Below are positions 31,601 to 42,970 of a DNA stretch of 64,000 bases, in pieces. The notes below the pieces were generated by a model that was not told the origin of the DNA, did no database searches, and saw only the letters and a list, made by a program, of their open reading frames with translations. The translations under genes were made by a program, and so were the position numbers. Numbering within the stretch: position 1 is the stretch's first letter; each line of letters starts with the position of its first letter. Source of the DNA: Carpediemonas membranifera BICM (Eukaryota; Protista; Fornicata); the NCBI GenBank assembly GCA_019828565.1, contig JAHDYR010000005.1, positions 1,189,842-1,253,841 on the forward strand, given 5' to 3'.

Positions 31601-32027
31601 CATAGTTCGCGACGGTTTGCTCTAGCATCCGGTCGAACTCCTCAATCTCGGGTCGTGCACATCCACTATCGGGAGCGTAGATATTGATGACTGCCGTGGC
31701 CCTCGATGCTTTGAGGATGCTTACTTGGATTCGTGGGTTCGTCCCGTCGGACACGCCTACGTCCCATTCCGCTTTGGAGTGCGGGCTAATCAGTGTGGCC
31801 AGTCCCTTTGTGGGTCGCTTGCGCGTTGCCTCTAATGGCTTGACCTCTCCTGCACAGGCGTACTGGAGATCTACCCAGCAAGGGATGGTGGTATTACCGT
31901 ACCGCTTGGTTTCCTGGAGGAGGATCGCATCAGTCCTTATCCTCTTGCGGATGGATAAAGCTATGGATCCGCTGTAATCGTTTGCGCCCGCTAGGTGCCC
32001 TTCGCTGTTTAGCGATATTATTCTCAT
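28668..32027 (-). CDS. LINE-B ORF2: APE endonuclease, reverse transcriptase, split CCHC
   Basis: SLN, LQET, NIYAP, GDWN, TIDY, SAH; YRPISL, DIAKAYD, GVKQG, FVDD; CPLC..HIICQC. Confidence 0.96.
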   Translation of the reverse strand: MRIISLNSEGHLAGANDYSGSIALSIRKRIRTDAILLQETKRYGNTTIPCWVDLQYACAGEVKPLEATRKRPTKGLATLISPHSKAEWDVGVSDGTNPRIQVSILKASRATAVINIYAPDSGCARPEIEEFDRMLEQTVANYEGCDIIIIGDWNRRPGKLRQATAMTLQRWNLTPIAPTAPTYGTNSRTSTIDYAAVTGGIQNPVVRVIDKTTIGHWGSAHKAIELTWDSNPTGKPEISKRLEIPRIDTWLVKPRRTGPKLEEWPPLDSKIPVDEMETLIRKWLSTGFATSRRHPFAVENQERIPSEVWERLAKASTWSKTAAKDIKKSLNGALSRSWRTFQHDWNEQVEVGSRDGYKTTKRILANQVFRFWNEKQHAGLPVMLKAGNKILARQREIADSLQEQYAKVSSGKEPTWETEPETDIEDHPPSLEEVTAAVKSIRKSSAGGPDGIIGDCLRDLPESAYEAITVLLAKVYDSGTMPTTWKHAAVSPIHKVGKDKLTPSSYRPISLTPLLYRAYGRILKWRLRPTVEKFIPREQVGFMKGKTVVDHIALLAQLHQSGNRTSVLLDIAKAYDTVPRDLLVNKLTLMGVHPRLTRAIRNTLTETYISVRGASTWSRTNMGVKQGCVVAPTLFILFTANWLSQAALYLRHREIPDPCLPPTDDRPKNCLIAMFVDDTSISAETPQLAEEGTDAVVRVIEAHGLQTSPGKSVVISTDVTAAVSIQGTPTLASDSARYLGLWLASGKNPLAACIKMKTSQSRKYLALARRAGWTKGSTPAATSESILRTFLWPKIEFGIEIWGQAPGGRAIWNNWRGLMAGTGPGGGGAARVLMGWMCWEADMGQRAVRLYESAHDPDRPTPLGNLDWATAERGSVLHRLYQWRRSVLQSTQEEMPARERAKRGGWTLTAEELLHTGSRTAKGVATVLAPEVILSMQQGKRPKKPGMIKGEMITRREVKRVIMTASNTLPSPSNSGRSRAILGSAIGQPQALLSRIKRCCPLCTLDSEGDTITRLYTVTRTAAETTKILSEWAYNQPLGTQSHIICQCKAVERPEGWNDILAEAHLRTQYHALRQGQEAEWYNSRAILEMLWLLRSEDHTVREGLQNGRRALLNLRKDG

Positions 32028-32599
32028 TCAGGTTGTTCTGACATAAACTGCGGGAGTTACCCTGCGCGCACTAATCTGCTCTTTGTAGACATTCCCTTTT
32101 TGGGCGTACCTTTTGGTGGGTTGCTGAGGCCTCTAACCGAGCAGTCGTTTCCTTTTGGGCAGGCTTGTGCCTGTATTCCCTTAGTTCCCGGCCTAGGGCA
32201 TACCATTCCCTTTCACAGTCGGGGCCTCACGATGCTTGTCGGCATTGCTGCCGGTCTCCGCTTAGCTTCCTTCCTCGCCGCATGGCAGGACCATTACCTA
32301 ACGAGCTTAGGTGGGAGCGACAGTGGTTGTTGCCCCTCCCAAGGCTGGAGTTACAGCCTGCCGGACAGGCAGGGCTCTTTTTACCTTTTGGTAACCCTGC
32401 CCCCGGCCCCTGTGGGGCACAGGGGTTTGTTGAAAAAGAATGTGTTGCATTTTTGCTCCCGCCGGAATGGTTCGCCGGTGTCCATTTGGACTTTAAGGCC
32501 CTACTAGTCACAGCCTGGCCATACATGCTGGTTCATATATACACTTTTAGCTCAGACTTATATCACACTACCCTCTGCACCTCTTACTTATGATTGTTT

Positions 32600-34713
32600 C
32601 TACTCTCCTTCCTTCTCCTCGCCTCTCTTCCTTCTCAGGTCAGACCTGAAGTTATCCATCTTGGCTGCTAGGGTGAAGCTGAGGGCTTCGTTGGTTGCCG
32701 AGAGTCGGGCCGCGCGGCTGAGTAAGTCCTCGTTCTCTTCGGTTAGAGACGAGCACTTCTCCGTTGTCTTCCTGAGGTCCTTCCGCATCTCGTCCAACGC
32801 AGCTTGGGCTGCTCTCCGGGCTTCCCGTTCTTCCTCCAGCTCCTGGCTTTTTGGCCTTGAGCTCGTTGATGGTTCTGGCTGCAGCTTCTTCCAGCTGTTG
32901 TCTGACCTCTGCTTCTCGCCGGGCCATGGCTTGGTCCAGCAGGGCCGCTATGCCTCTGCCCAGGTCGGTGTCCTCCTGTCGTGCTCTTTTTGGGCTGCAG
33001 GTCCTCTTGGTCCACCTGTCTGACCTGGCGGGTCTTGGCTGATGGGTTGGGGGGTATGGGGGGGGCACAGCTCTTAGTTGGAGGGGGCCCGGGCTCTGTT
33101 CGCTCTGTCCTGCTACTTTGCGGTTGTTCAGTGACAATTTGCCCGCGTGGAGGGCCATATAGGCCCCCTATGCCGCCATTCGGCAGGTAGACCTCCGTCC
33201 TCCTGTGGAGCATCTTGGCGAGTTCAGTAGCCCTTCGTCTCACCTTTGTTCGAAGCGCCTGCTTCCTCTCGGTCCTCAGTCTGTTCTTGGCGTTAGTGCT
33301 GGCGCCTTCCGGGAAAACACAGTTCAGCGTGTCCCATGGCTTCCCCCCTTTTGGGTGTTCCACGCCTGAGCCCGCCAGGGCGAGTTTGCCTATCCAGGAG
33401 GCGCTCCTCAAGGTGCCCACTCGCCTCTTCCCTCTTTCTGCTGGTTCATCCGTGATACCCCAGTCCCGGGGGAGGAACGAGGGGAGGAAGTTGATGGAGC
33501 CTGTCTCCGGGTCGACACACATGTTGGCCAGGGAGTTCTCGATCGTCGGCTGGGACCTCCGTGAAGTAGTTGAAGATCTTCTTCCTGGCTTCTCTGCCCA
33601 TGTGGCCTCCAGCTATGTCGAATTTGTGGACGGGCATCAAAGACGCCGCTTGGGATAGGGTCATCGTTTTGGTGTCGCTGACGTCTAGAGTAAGCATCTT
33701 TTCCGCGTCTATTTCCGTGGGCTCCCCCTCAGGTTCGCCCAAGGGAAACCGTCTTGGACAGCGTGGCGGCGCCCGTTCCACTCTGAGTGGATTTCCAGGA
33801 GGATGGGTCGCGCTGGTTCGCCTACTCTCGCGAGCGATTCTGGGTTTCCGATGATCACGGCTGTTCCTTCCAGGGCTCTGGTGATACCCTTTCCGGAGCT
33901 GAAATCGTTTTCCTCCCAGTTGGTCATGATAATCTGGCCCCGTTTGGGGTTCTTGGTGCCAAAGAGGTTGACTTGTTGGGACAATGGGGTTAGGCGACCG
34001 GCCGCCACGGTGCCGAGGCCGTGTCTGGCGTTGACTTTGGTCGCCAGGTCCTTGTATTCATCATGGTACGGCGACTCCCTGCCCATGAGCATGCTTCCTA
34101 GGGCTGTGAGGTGGGCTTCTACCTGCCCCCAGTCCCAGCCTGGGTTGTCTCTCATCCAGAACGCTGTTGCTAGTCTGGCGTAGAATATGGAGACATCTGC
34201 TAGGGCGCAGTGGCAGTGGTGGGGTGCGTGCTTGTGATAGGGGCACACCAATTTTGCCTCCGGGCGCTGTTGGTACCTTCTGGTCCAGGTCCGGCCCAGT
34301 TCGGACTGGGGTCGGGAGGGGAGGCCGGTGAGGCTCTTCTCCCCACTATTGGGGTAGAACCAGGTCAGCGTGTCGAGGATGTTGGGGAAGATCGTGTTGA
34401 GGTCAGTTTCATCCATGAGGCGTAAGCTTAGCCAGGTGCGGAGGTTCCCGTCTGGGACGAACTTCTCACTGGTCAGGATGCTTCTCTCAGCCTCGACTCC
34501 CTTAGCCACGATGTGGACGTGGGTCTTCTGTGGCCCCGAGTCGTCTTCCAGTCTCTTCAGCTCTGTAGCCATCTCGGTGCACCATCGCTTGGCGTGGGGG
34601 AAGTCTGCTTCGTATCCCTTGGGGGCTTTGCCCGTGGTGACGTCGACAAACGTAGCTGGTGGGCAGCCATGGATGTAGTGCCTGGCCCACAGACATTGGT
34701 CCAGGGCATCCAC
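32600..34713 (-). pseudogene. LINE-B upstream ORF(s), frameshifted: degenerate UPF1-like helicase motifs then coiled coil
   Basis: Chain of overlapping minus-strand ORFs inside the TSD; LTPLSQQV and ITRALEGTAVIIGNPESL; C-terminal heptads. Confidence 0.5.
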
Positions 34714-34740
34714 TGTGATGTCTCACTCTCAGAGACCTCG

Positions 34741-37524
34741 GCGTTCTCACTTCAGACGGCCTATCGCTTGGGCTCACACACTCTACGCCAGCGGCTGACG
34801 ACGTCGTCCTCCCAGTGTTCTCGGTGTCCGGATCAAGGCTACAGTCAGCCCTTGCAGACTACCGCTCGGGCTGGCAGTCAGTCCAAATACCCTCGGACGA
34901 GCTCCGCTCTCGCGTCGTGCCACTTCTGCGAGAGTTCTCAGACATCTTCGAGCCGCTCGGTCCTGAACCGGCCAACGTTCCCCCCATGGTCTTGCACGTC
35001 AAGGACGATACCCTCGTGCAGATTAAGCCGCGCCGCCTCTCGCCTGATAACAGGAAGAAGACGAAGGAGATCGTAGCGGAGCTCGCCCAGAATGGCATCG
35101 TCACTCCCTCCAAAGGCCCTTTCGCCTCACCTATCGTCCTCGTCAAGCAGAAAGACAAGACACGCATGTGCGTCGACTACTCGGAGCTGAACAAGCACCT
35201 CGTGGAGGATCACTTCCCGCTACCTAACATCAGAGAGTTTCTGATGTCCATGCGCGGCGCGAAGTGGTTCGCTGCTCTTGACCTCGTCAAGGGATATCAC
35301 CAGCTTCCCCTCCACGAAGATTCACAAGCCCTCTCCGCCTTTGTCACGCCAGACGACTACCTACAGTACACCCGCGTCCCGTTCGGCCTTGCCTCGGCGC
35401 CCTCGTACTTCCAGCGTACCATCCAGGCTGTCATAGCACCCGCCATTGCCACCGGCCGCTGCAAGGCGTACCTCGACGACATCCTCGAGGCCGCCCACTC
35501 AGATGACACGTTCATCGACGACCTGCGCACCATATTCATGGCCTTGCGGGAGCATAACCTCAAGCTCTCGCCCGCAAAATGCGTCATCGGCGCCTCCGAG
35601 GTCAGATCGGTCGGCTTTATCGTCGACCGAAATGGCATACATGTCGACCCCGACCGCATCCAGGCCATCGTCAGCCTCAGGCCCCCCCGGGACCAGTCTG
35701 AGTTGAAGTCAATCCTCGGAAAGATCAACTACATCGCACAGTTCCTGCCTGACGCCACCAAGTCACTCGCCACACTCAACCGGTCACTCAGAGCCGGCGA
35801 GTTCGTCTTCGGCGAGGAACAACTGACTGCTTTTGACGACATCAAGTCCCAGTTGGCGCTTCACATCAGCCTAACATACCCAGACCTCGATAGACCCTGG
35901 CACATTTACACCGACGCTTCATCACTTGGCGAAGGAGGCGTGCTAATACAAGATGAGGGAGGACGGTACTCGCTCAATTCTGGCCTGTTTCCAGAAGACC
36001 TACGACAAGACCATGTCGAATTGGTCAACATACGAACAAGAGTTGCATGCCGTGATCTCTGTCCTCACCAACAAGGTCTTCGAACCCCTCTTCCAGATCA
36101 AGTCTGACCTACATGTCCACACCGACCATAGCAACCTCGTCCAACTCAGACGGAAGGCCCCGACTGTCAAAAAGCTTCTCCGCTGGGCCCTACGACTATC
36201 CGAGTTTCGCTTCACCATTCAGCACGTCCGTGGCGTCGACAACGTCATTGCAGACGTCCTCTCCCGGATCCTCCCCGACGCGCCTGTAGTCAACGCTGTC
36301 GTCCAAGAGCCTCACTTCGACAAGTTCTCCGCCGTCCACAATGACGCGGTCGGACACTTCGGCGTCGACGAGTGCATTCGCCGTGTCAAAGCCGCCAAGA
36401 CCACGTGGCCTGGCATGTACAAAGACATCAGACGCTGGATCAAGGCCTGCCCCCACTGCCAGCTGCATGCCCCTGCCAGAGAGTGCCCCATCGCGTATCA
36501 CCCATCCTCCTCGGACGCTCCTTTCCACAGAGTTCAGGTCGACACTCTTGGGCCCCTACCCACCACGCCGTCGGGAAACTCCTACATCATCTCGATCGTG
36601 GACACCTTCTCCAGGTACATCAGACTGTTCCCAGCCACGTCCACTGACGCCCTCGCGGCCGCTCGCGCACTTTATGCTTACTGCGGTGCCTACGGCGTAC
36701 CTCGCGAGATCCAGTCCGACAACGGCTCGCAGTTCACAGCGAAGCTAATAGATGAGCTTACATGCGCACTCTCGTTGAATCACCGCTTTTCCGCCCCTTA
36801 CAGCCCACAGTCCAACGGCATTGTGGAAAGGTACAACTTCGAGATCGAAAAGATCATCAAGCCCGCTACGATGCAACCCTGGGACGAACATCTGCCCTCT
36901 GTCGAGCTTATCCTCAATTCCAAGCAGGTTTCGTCCACCAAGGCCTCTCCTCTGGACATCCTCTTCCCATTCACCGAAGGGAAGGCCGATCCTTCGCGCC
37001 TAAAGGCCGCCCGCGAAGCCCTCGCTCGCTACGCCGCCAAGAAGGCTGCAATTCCCACCAATGTGCCCCCCACGCACGAGCCCGGCTCTCTCGTACTCCT
37101 CCTTCGCCCGAAGTCCGCCAAGATCGAGGCAAACTGGCGCGGTCCGTTCAGATATCTGCGCCGCGGTGACCACACGTCGTCGTCGATCATCCAACACATC
37201 ACGACCGATAAGACCATGGAAGTTTCCGACCGCCGCATCAAGGCCTGGACTGGCTCCACGGACCTCGACGAGCTCAAGACCCTAGTCGCCGAGCAAGAGG
37301 GGGAGTACGCCGTAGACCACATCGTCTCGGCCCGTCGTCCAGCCAGATCGAAGACCATATACCTCCTAGTCCACTGGGCCGGGTGCGAGTCAGCAGAGGA
37401 TTCGGAGGTCACGCTCAACGCTGAGACAGCCCAGATGGCCGCTCTCGACGACTTTCTCAACGTCAGCCCTTCATGGAGACAGCCAGTCGAGGCCGCCTGC
37501 CGCCGCAATGGCTGGCAACTCTAA
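34741..37524 (+). CDS. Gypsy-2 RT-RNase H-integrase-chromodomain (1-nt frameshift near 35970)
   Basis: LDLVKGYHQ, YLDD, YTDAS, TDHSNL, CPHC, SDNGSQF, SNGIVER, YLLVHWAG. Confidence 0.93.
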
Positions 37525-37752
37525 GCTACTGTCAAGGCAGGACATTGGTTCAGCGTCCTGCCCAAACAAATAAACGATCCGTGCTAGTACAAGTTGTCTC
37601 TACTCTCCCACCCGTCAGAGCCTTGAGGGAAGGTGTGCCCGGCCAAGATGTCCGCCCGTGTCCTGCTGCAGGACCCGCTGTGCGCCTGTCGCCAGGCGGA
37701 AATGAGCTTTGACCGCTCTTGAAGGTCTCGGGCTCCGCCTCTGGGGAGGTAG

Positions 37753-37877
37753 TGTGGCAGTGTGCCAATCAAATAAAATATTTGATTGGCGATTCGATCC
37801 GCCATTCCGGTCGACACTGTTGTGTCGACTTCTCTTTGACTAAAGCACCAAGTTGTTTTTCCGTCCTCTCGAGCACA
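37753..37877 (+). repeat. Gypsy-2 3' LTR
   Basis: Follows PPT, precedes TSD TCAG. Confidence 0.93.
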
Positions 37878-37990
37878 TCAGCCTCCTCTCTCATACCAAT
37901 AGACTTCAAGGTAGCCCACTTTTTCCGCTGCTGGATCGCGAGGAGCGCCGAAATGGTGTAGTGGGTCTTACCCAATACTTACATAGTCAT
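37878..37990 (-). pseudogene. 5' part of YR element Z gag
   Basis: KKWATLKSIGMREEA joins ENLEEMF at 13335. Confidence 0.75.
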
Positions 37991-38089
37991 ACGTATATTT
38001 ATACAGTCAAGGAGTTTCTACTCGACACAATTGTGTCGAGTCTTCTTCTTTATAAACTGTTCTCTTAAGCCATACAGGCCACATTGAAT

Positions 38090-38614
38090 TCAATCCCACC
38101 CAACAATGGTTGAAAAGAACAAGCTATACGTACCTTTACTTAAGTCGGTGGGGGCGACTCTGGCACTGGAGCGGGCCTCTGCGATGAGGACGGTGAAGCT
38201 CTCGGAATCACGGATCCTGGAACGTCGGGCTCTGACGTAGTCCTTGACTGCGTCGGCGTAGTGAAAGCCATTGATGTCCTTAATGAGGAGAAGCTCATGA
38301 CGGAGCATTAGCTGAAGCTTGATCGTCTCGGTTGTCCAGCTCGGGTGGAGGACGATGTCCCTGTAGAGCATCTGCAGCCATTCGGACTCGTTACGCATGG
38401 CTAGTGAGTCCGGGTGGCGCCACTCCAGCGACATTAAATCTCGAAGCGTCAATAACTCGCCTGTTAGTTCGTTGATGCGCTTCTGCGGATCTGGGATCTT
38501 CTCTGCTTCAGGCGTGCGGTCCCCGGTGTTGTTCTCGGTTTCTTCAGCCATCTGGCCGTAATTGATTCGATCCCGATTCGTTCGGCTCGAATAAATCGAA
38601 TCAGGCAGATCCAT
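38090..38614 (-). CDS. gag-like ORF of another YR retroelement (Y), remainder missing
   Basis: WRHPDSLAMRNESEWL..LRHELLLIKD aligns with WKRPASSTMREEAEFL..LRHRVLWVKD of the gag at 42348. Confidence 0.7.
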   Translation of the reverse strand: MDLPDSIYSSRTNRDRINYGQMAEETENNTGDRTPEAEKIPDPQKRINELTGELLTLRDLMSLEWRHPDSLAMRNESEWLQMLYRDIVLHPSWTTETIKLQLMLRHELLLIKDINGFHYADAVKDYVRARRSRIRDSESFTVLIAEARSSARVAPTDLSKGTYSLFFSTIVGWD

Positions 38615-39367
38615 CGCCCATGCTCCATTATCTCACGCCGGAGCTGACGTCTCCGTCAGACAGGCTGACGATCCGGTAGACTCCGTCCATTCCCACAGGG
38701 GGGGGTAGGTAATTTATTGTGTCGCGTTCTCGCATCGTCCCGGGTCTATCTCTGTGTAAGCCGGAGTAAATTACCTCGCTCGACCTTACGTAATGCCGAG
38801 CGTCACCCTCCGAAGGAGGGGATCGGGAGCAAGGCTGCCCCGCGGTTTCAGTTCGCTCTTGAACAACTGAACCGCCCTTATGAGACGCACGATCCCGTCT
38901 TTGAGATCGTATCGAATCATCCTCGACCTCTCGCGCCGAAGTTTTGGCTCCGCTGGCCTTGCCAGTCAGACAGGCTGACGATCCGGTAGACTCCGTCCAT
39001 TCCCACAGGGAACCAGTCGCCGCCCAAGCGATTGCAGCCGATCGGTGCACTTTAAGACACTCTCGATGTCTTTCATGCAAGCTGTGCCCCGGCTGCAATT
39101 CATTGCATATGCCAACACAAAGAGCTCAAAACGAGGGTCTATAGCCCTCAACGGCGCTTCGTTGAGGAGTTCTAGCGATTTTTCACTTTTGTTGCGCAAT
39201 TTCTTCATCTGATGCGCAATTATTGAACCATCGAGCCTAAAAGAGACTCTAAAGCCTTAACGGCTTCCAAATAGCCAATATCACCTTGTCCATCAAGGTT
39301 TATGATTAGCCTCACTAAGGCCCACAATCATACCCCTCGCAGCCACTCCTCAATGGCTTTGAGGGGC

Positions 39368-40234
39368 TTATCTCTTCTTATCCTTCTCTAATAAGGCTCT
39401 GAACGGGGCTACGGACGTGCTGTAGTCCAGGCGAAGCACGTCTTCCACATAACGGATCAATGAGTTCTGGTCAGCCCATGTGCCCTTCGCCGCAACAACC
39501 GGGATAGGGATACCCATCAGAACCAGGTCAGCCGCGCTCCCGCGGCGCAGACCGTGCAGTCGAGCCTGCGTGGAGATGATGCCCTTCACCTGGTCCTCAA
39601 TGACTGAGTAGGGGTGCGACCAGAGAGGGTCTTCGGCCACCGCGCCTGCATCTATCCTATTGACTAGGACCTCAGATAGCCAGTGAGCCGGGTCTAGCTC
39701 CCCGTCGACTCTCGGGACGAGCTTCTCAACGACCACTCGCCGGGTCTTAGTGCCGTGGATGGAGATTCTTAGCCCGCGGCGCGCGCTCTCCGCTCTAACG
39801 TCACCAACATGCAGGGCATAGATCTCTCCTGGCCTGGAGGTCGTGGCGTAGGTGGTCAGTGCAAAGGCGAAAGCCTCCTTCCAAAGGTCGTCGTCTCGAG
39901 ACTGAGGGTGGGCAGCCCGAAGCCTGTCAACCAGAGTGTGCGCGCGAATCGGGAGAGCAGGCCCTCTAAGCTTCCCAAGAGCGTTCCTTGCCTGCTCTTT
40001 GATGACTGCGTCGGCGTCCAGCGGTGGTTCCCATGATGACACCCGGCCGAAGAAGCGACGGATTAGGCTCCACTTCGAGGTGATTGTATCCTTGGTGACC
40101 CTCGAGGCTTGGTCCTTGGCCCATGCTCTTATGACTTCGATGCTGCTAGTGTCAGGTGGAAGGGCACCCCAGAAACCCGAGAACTGTTGGAGCACACCCG
40201 CGACGTGGCGCTTGTCTACGAATCCACTTAACAT
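39368..40234 (-). CDS. Tyrosine recombinase of element X
   Basis: TTSRPGEI, HGLRRG, GTW, RY: full R-H-R-W-Y set. Confidence 0.92.
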   Translation of the reverse strand: MLSGFVDKRHVAGVLQQFSGFWGALPPDTSSIEVIRAWAKDQASRVTKDTITSKWSLIRRFFGRVSSWEPPLDADAVIKEQARNALGKLRGPALPIRAHTLVDRLRAAHPQSRDDDLWKEAFAFALTTYATTSRPGEIYALHVGDVRAESARRGLRISIHGTKTRRVVVEKLVPRVDGELDPAHWLSEVLVNRIDAGAVAEDPLWSHPYSVIEDQVKGIISTQARLHGLRRGSAADLVLMGIPIPVVAAKGTWADQNSLIRYVEDVLRLDYSTSVAPFRALLEKDKKR

Positions 40235-40448
40235 GTCACCCTCGAGGGAGATGGTGAAGATGTCACTCCCACAAACAGGGCCGCCAATCGGTATGTGCCG
40301 TCCGCCTGCAGGGGGGTGATCGCTGATAGGTCCGCGTCCTCCGCTTTGACTCTGAAGAACATGCGGTGCGGAGTCAGCTCTCTCAGCGCAACTGCTGTGC
40401 CGGGGCGAAGAGATTGGAACATTTACATAAACTGCGGACGTGGATGCC

Positions 40449-42153
40449 TTATGACACTGCCGTCGGCGATCTGCAGTCGGACACTAGCAGGACGAGGGCA
40501 CTTGGTAGGGATCTCGGCTGTGTGGTCCTTGCAATGTGGAGGTGGCACAGCTTTGCATATACTGCTGATAGGAGCGCGAAGGGTGTCACTGCTAGCCACC
40601 TTCCTGTCGACCAGTCCATGTCTATGAACCTGCTGTCGTCGACCGTCGACGGGCTGTGTTCTACTCGAGCTCCAAGCCACTCGGAGGGCCAGATCTCTTT
40701 CTGCATGGGACCCCACTCGGCTGTGATCCTGTCGATGATCCGACGAGGCGCTGAGAGCGTTTCGGACCTCGACAATGCGTCGGCTTGGACGTTCAAGTGA
40801 CCAGAGACGTGAAGGAGCCTTATGCTGATGGCCCTTTCGCTCAGTGTGGGTAGCAGGTCCCGTATGACTGAGTCTACAAACTGCGGAGCCTTGGTTGAGC
40901 CTTGCTTGTTCCACCAGCTGACTGCTGCCACCGAGTCGGAGTAGATGGTGACCTCCGCGTCTGTCAACGGCTCTGCTAGGATCAGTCTCACTGCTTGTTC
41001 CACTGCTCGGAACTCGAGCAATGTGATGTGCTCGTCCACCGGGGCCGGCCTGGTGAAGGTGAAGGGTTGACGGCCCGGGATTGTGATCACTCCGCCGAGT
41101 CCTGAGTGAGAGGCGTCTGTCATCGCTGTGATGTGGAGCGTCGGAGACAGACCCCACAGGTGAAGCAGCTCTTGGAAGGACCTTATCGGAGATGGCCGTG
41201 ATAAGCGGCGCTCCCATTGGATCAGTGCTTCTCTCGCTTCGCCGGATATGAGTGTGCGGTAGCGGTCCTTCAGTTGGGCTCTCTGGAGGGGTCTGATAGC
41301 GGCTCGGCCCTCCGGCCAAATGATGGCTGCAAAGCCGAGATTGCCCAACAACCGCTGCATGCTGTGTCGTGGCCCCCGATGCCAAGGCCTCCCTGACTCG
41401 TGAGAGGTACTTCTGCCGCTTGCTGTCCTGCAGAGCGATCCCCCGCCGGCCAGAGTCCATAACGAAGCCAAGGAAGTCGGTCTGCTGCGTGGGTGAGAGC
41501 TGCGATTTCTTCCTGTTGATGACCAGGCCGAGGTTCTCTAGGAGCTGTAGTATGCCGGGCATCGCAGCGGTCAGTGTCTTCTTGTCCCCGGACAGGAGCC
41601 AGTCGTCGAGATAGATGGTCAAGTTGATGCCTGGGAACATCCGTGCTACGATCTGCGCTGCTGTCAGCATCACCCTTTGGAAGAAGAATGGCGCTGGGCC
41701 CCAGCCGAAGGGTAGGACGTTGAAGGCATAGGGTCTCCCGTCGACCACGAAACCCAGCAGCGGGCTGTCCGAGGCCCTGACCCCTAACTGGTAGTAGCCC
41801 TTGACTAGGTCCAAGCGTGCCATGTAGTCTCCTTCGCGAAGCTGGGCCATCGCTTGCTTGACTCCCTTCAGCCGAAAGGTTCGATGTTCCGTTGACACTG
41901 CGTTCAATGCCCTTAGGTCGTGGATCAGACGCGTCTCTGGTGGCGTCTTCGGCACAGTGAAGATAGGTGAGATCAAGCTGGGAGACCGGCATGGGCCTGC
42001 CGCGCCCAGGCTCAGGAGGGTTTTCAGGTGGTCGCGGAATGCCTTGCGGTCCTTGGCGCGAGTTGGTGGTAGGCGCGGATGACGAGGGTGCGCTCTTAGG
42101 GATATCGGGACGCCCTCGCGTAGCCACGTAACCACCTCTGATGGCGCGCCCAA
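40449..42153 (-). CDS. RT-RNase H-degenerate methyltransferase of element X (frameshift near 41360)
   Basis: DLVKGYYQ, LPFGW, YLDDWL; TDAS, HITLLEF, YSDS, NVQADALSR. Confidence 0.9.
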
Positions 42154-42347
42154 GTGCCTCCATAGGCGCCACTGCCTGTTGATGCAGGGAAATGGTGGAA
42201 CTGACGGGGGAGGAGGTGCTGTGGACGGGGGAGGAGAAGGCGTCGGTGACAGGGGAGGAGATTGAGGAGTAGTGGGATTTGTGGTTGGATGAGGAGTTAG
42301 GACCTGTGGACCGGGGCGAGGATCCTTGATGGGTGGTTTCTTTTGAC

Positions 42348-42923
42348 TTAGTTTGAGTTCTTCGTGCCGGCGCGCTTCGGCTTCTTCCCGTGAAAACCCC
42401 GGTTGCCGCCGTCATGTCCGGTGCCGGGCTTGGTGTTCTTCTCGGTCAGGCGGGGGATCTTGGACAGGGTGCGGAGGACGAGAGTCTCGATCTCCGTCTC
42501 GTTCATCTCGTGGCGCTCGGCAAGGGCGGCCATGCCCGCGGTGGAGACAGCAGAGGCGGCTAGGTAGCCGTAGCGGTCCTTCACCCATAGGACTCGGTGA
42601 CGGAGGAAGATGCGAGCGAGTACGGCGAAGCCACTGATTCGATTGAACTTGAAGCTGCGGTAGATCTCCTCGAGGAACTCCGCCTCTTCGCGCATAGTGG
42701 ATGAAGCAGGACGCTTCCAAGTCATGGTGGTCTCTTGCCGAAGCAGATCTACTGTCTCTCGGACGTTGCCGCCGGCAGTAAATGCGTCTTGAAGCTGTTG
42801 AACGGTGGCTTTGAGCTCTGCGATCTCTTGGGCGGCGTCTCCCATCTGTTTCAGTTCGCTCTTGAACAACTGAACCGCCCTTATGAGACGCACGATCCCG
42901 TCTTTGAGATCGTATCGAATCAT
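42348..42923 (-). CDS. gag-like ORF of element X
   Basis: First ORF of the element; coiled coil; homologous to gags Y and Z. Confidence 0.75.
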   Translation of the reverse strand: MIRYDLKDGIVRLIRAVQLFKSELKQMGDAAQEIAELKATVQQLQDAFTAGGNVRETVDLLRQETTMTWKRPASSTMREEAEFLEEIYRSFKFNRISGFAVLARIFLRHRVLWVKDRYGYLAASAVSTAGMAALAERHEMNETEIETLVLRTLSKIPRLTEKNTKPGTGHDGGNRGFHGKKPKRAGTKNSN

Positions 42924-42970
42924 CCTCGACCTCTCGCGCCGAAGTTTTGGCTCCGCTGGCCTTGCCAACA

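Larger units (their letters stand above)
14659..34723 (-). mobile_element. LINE-B non-LTR retrotransposon (ORF1 region, intact ORF2, 3' UTR split by the 13-kb TIR element)
   Basis: 17-bp TSD CACTCTCAGAGACCTCG at 14642-14658 and 34724-34740; (TTTC)n tail at 14659-14673. Confidence 0.92.
13336..37877 (+). mobile_element. Gypsy-2 chromodomain LTR retrotransposon, expanded to 24.5 kb by nested insertions
   Basis: 125-bp LTRs 13336-13460 and 37753-37877; TSD TCAG (13332-13335, 37878-37881); PPT GGGGAGGTAG; ORF continuous across the LINE-B TSD. Confidence 0.93.
38655..42967 (-). mobile_element. Complete YR retrotransposon X with split direct repeats (PAT/Ngaro-like A1..B1A2..B2)
   Basis: A1 42848-42967 = A2 38845-38964 (120 bp); B1 38965-39010 = B2 38655-38700 (46 bp); gag, RT, RH/MT-like, YR. 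Confidence 0.93.

Noticed and set aside
28780-31977. Long plus-strand ORFs opposite LINE-B ORF2, and similar shadows elsewhere
   Set aside because: Antisense shadows of GC-rich coding sequence with no motifs.
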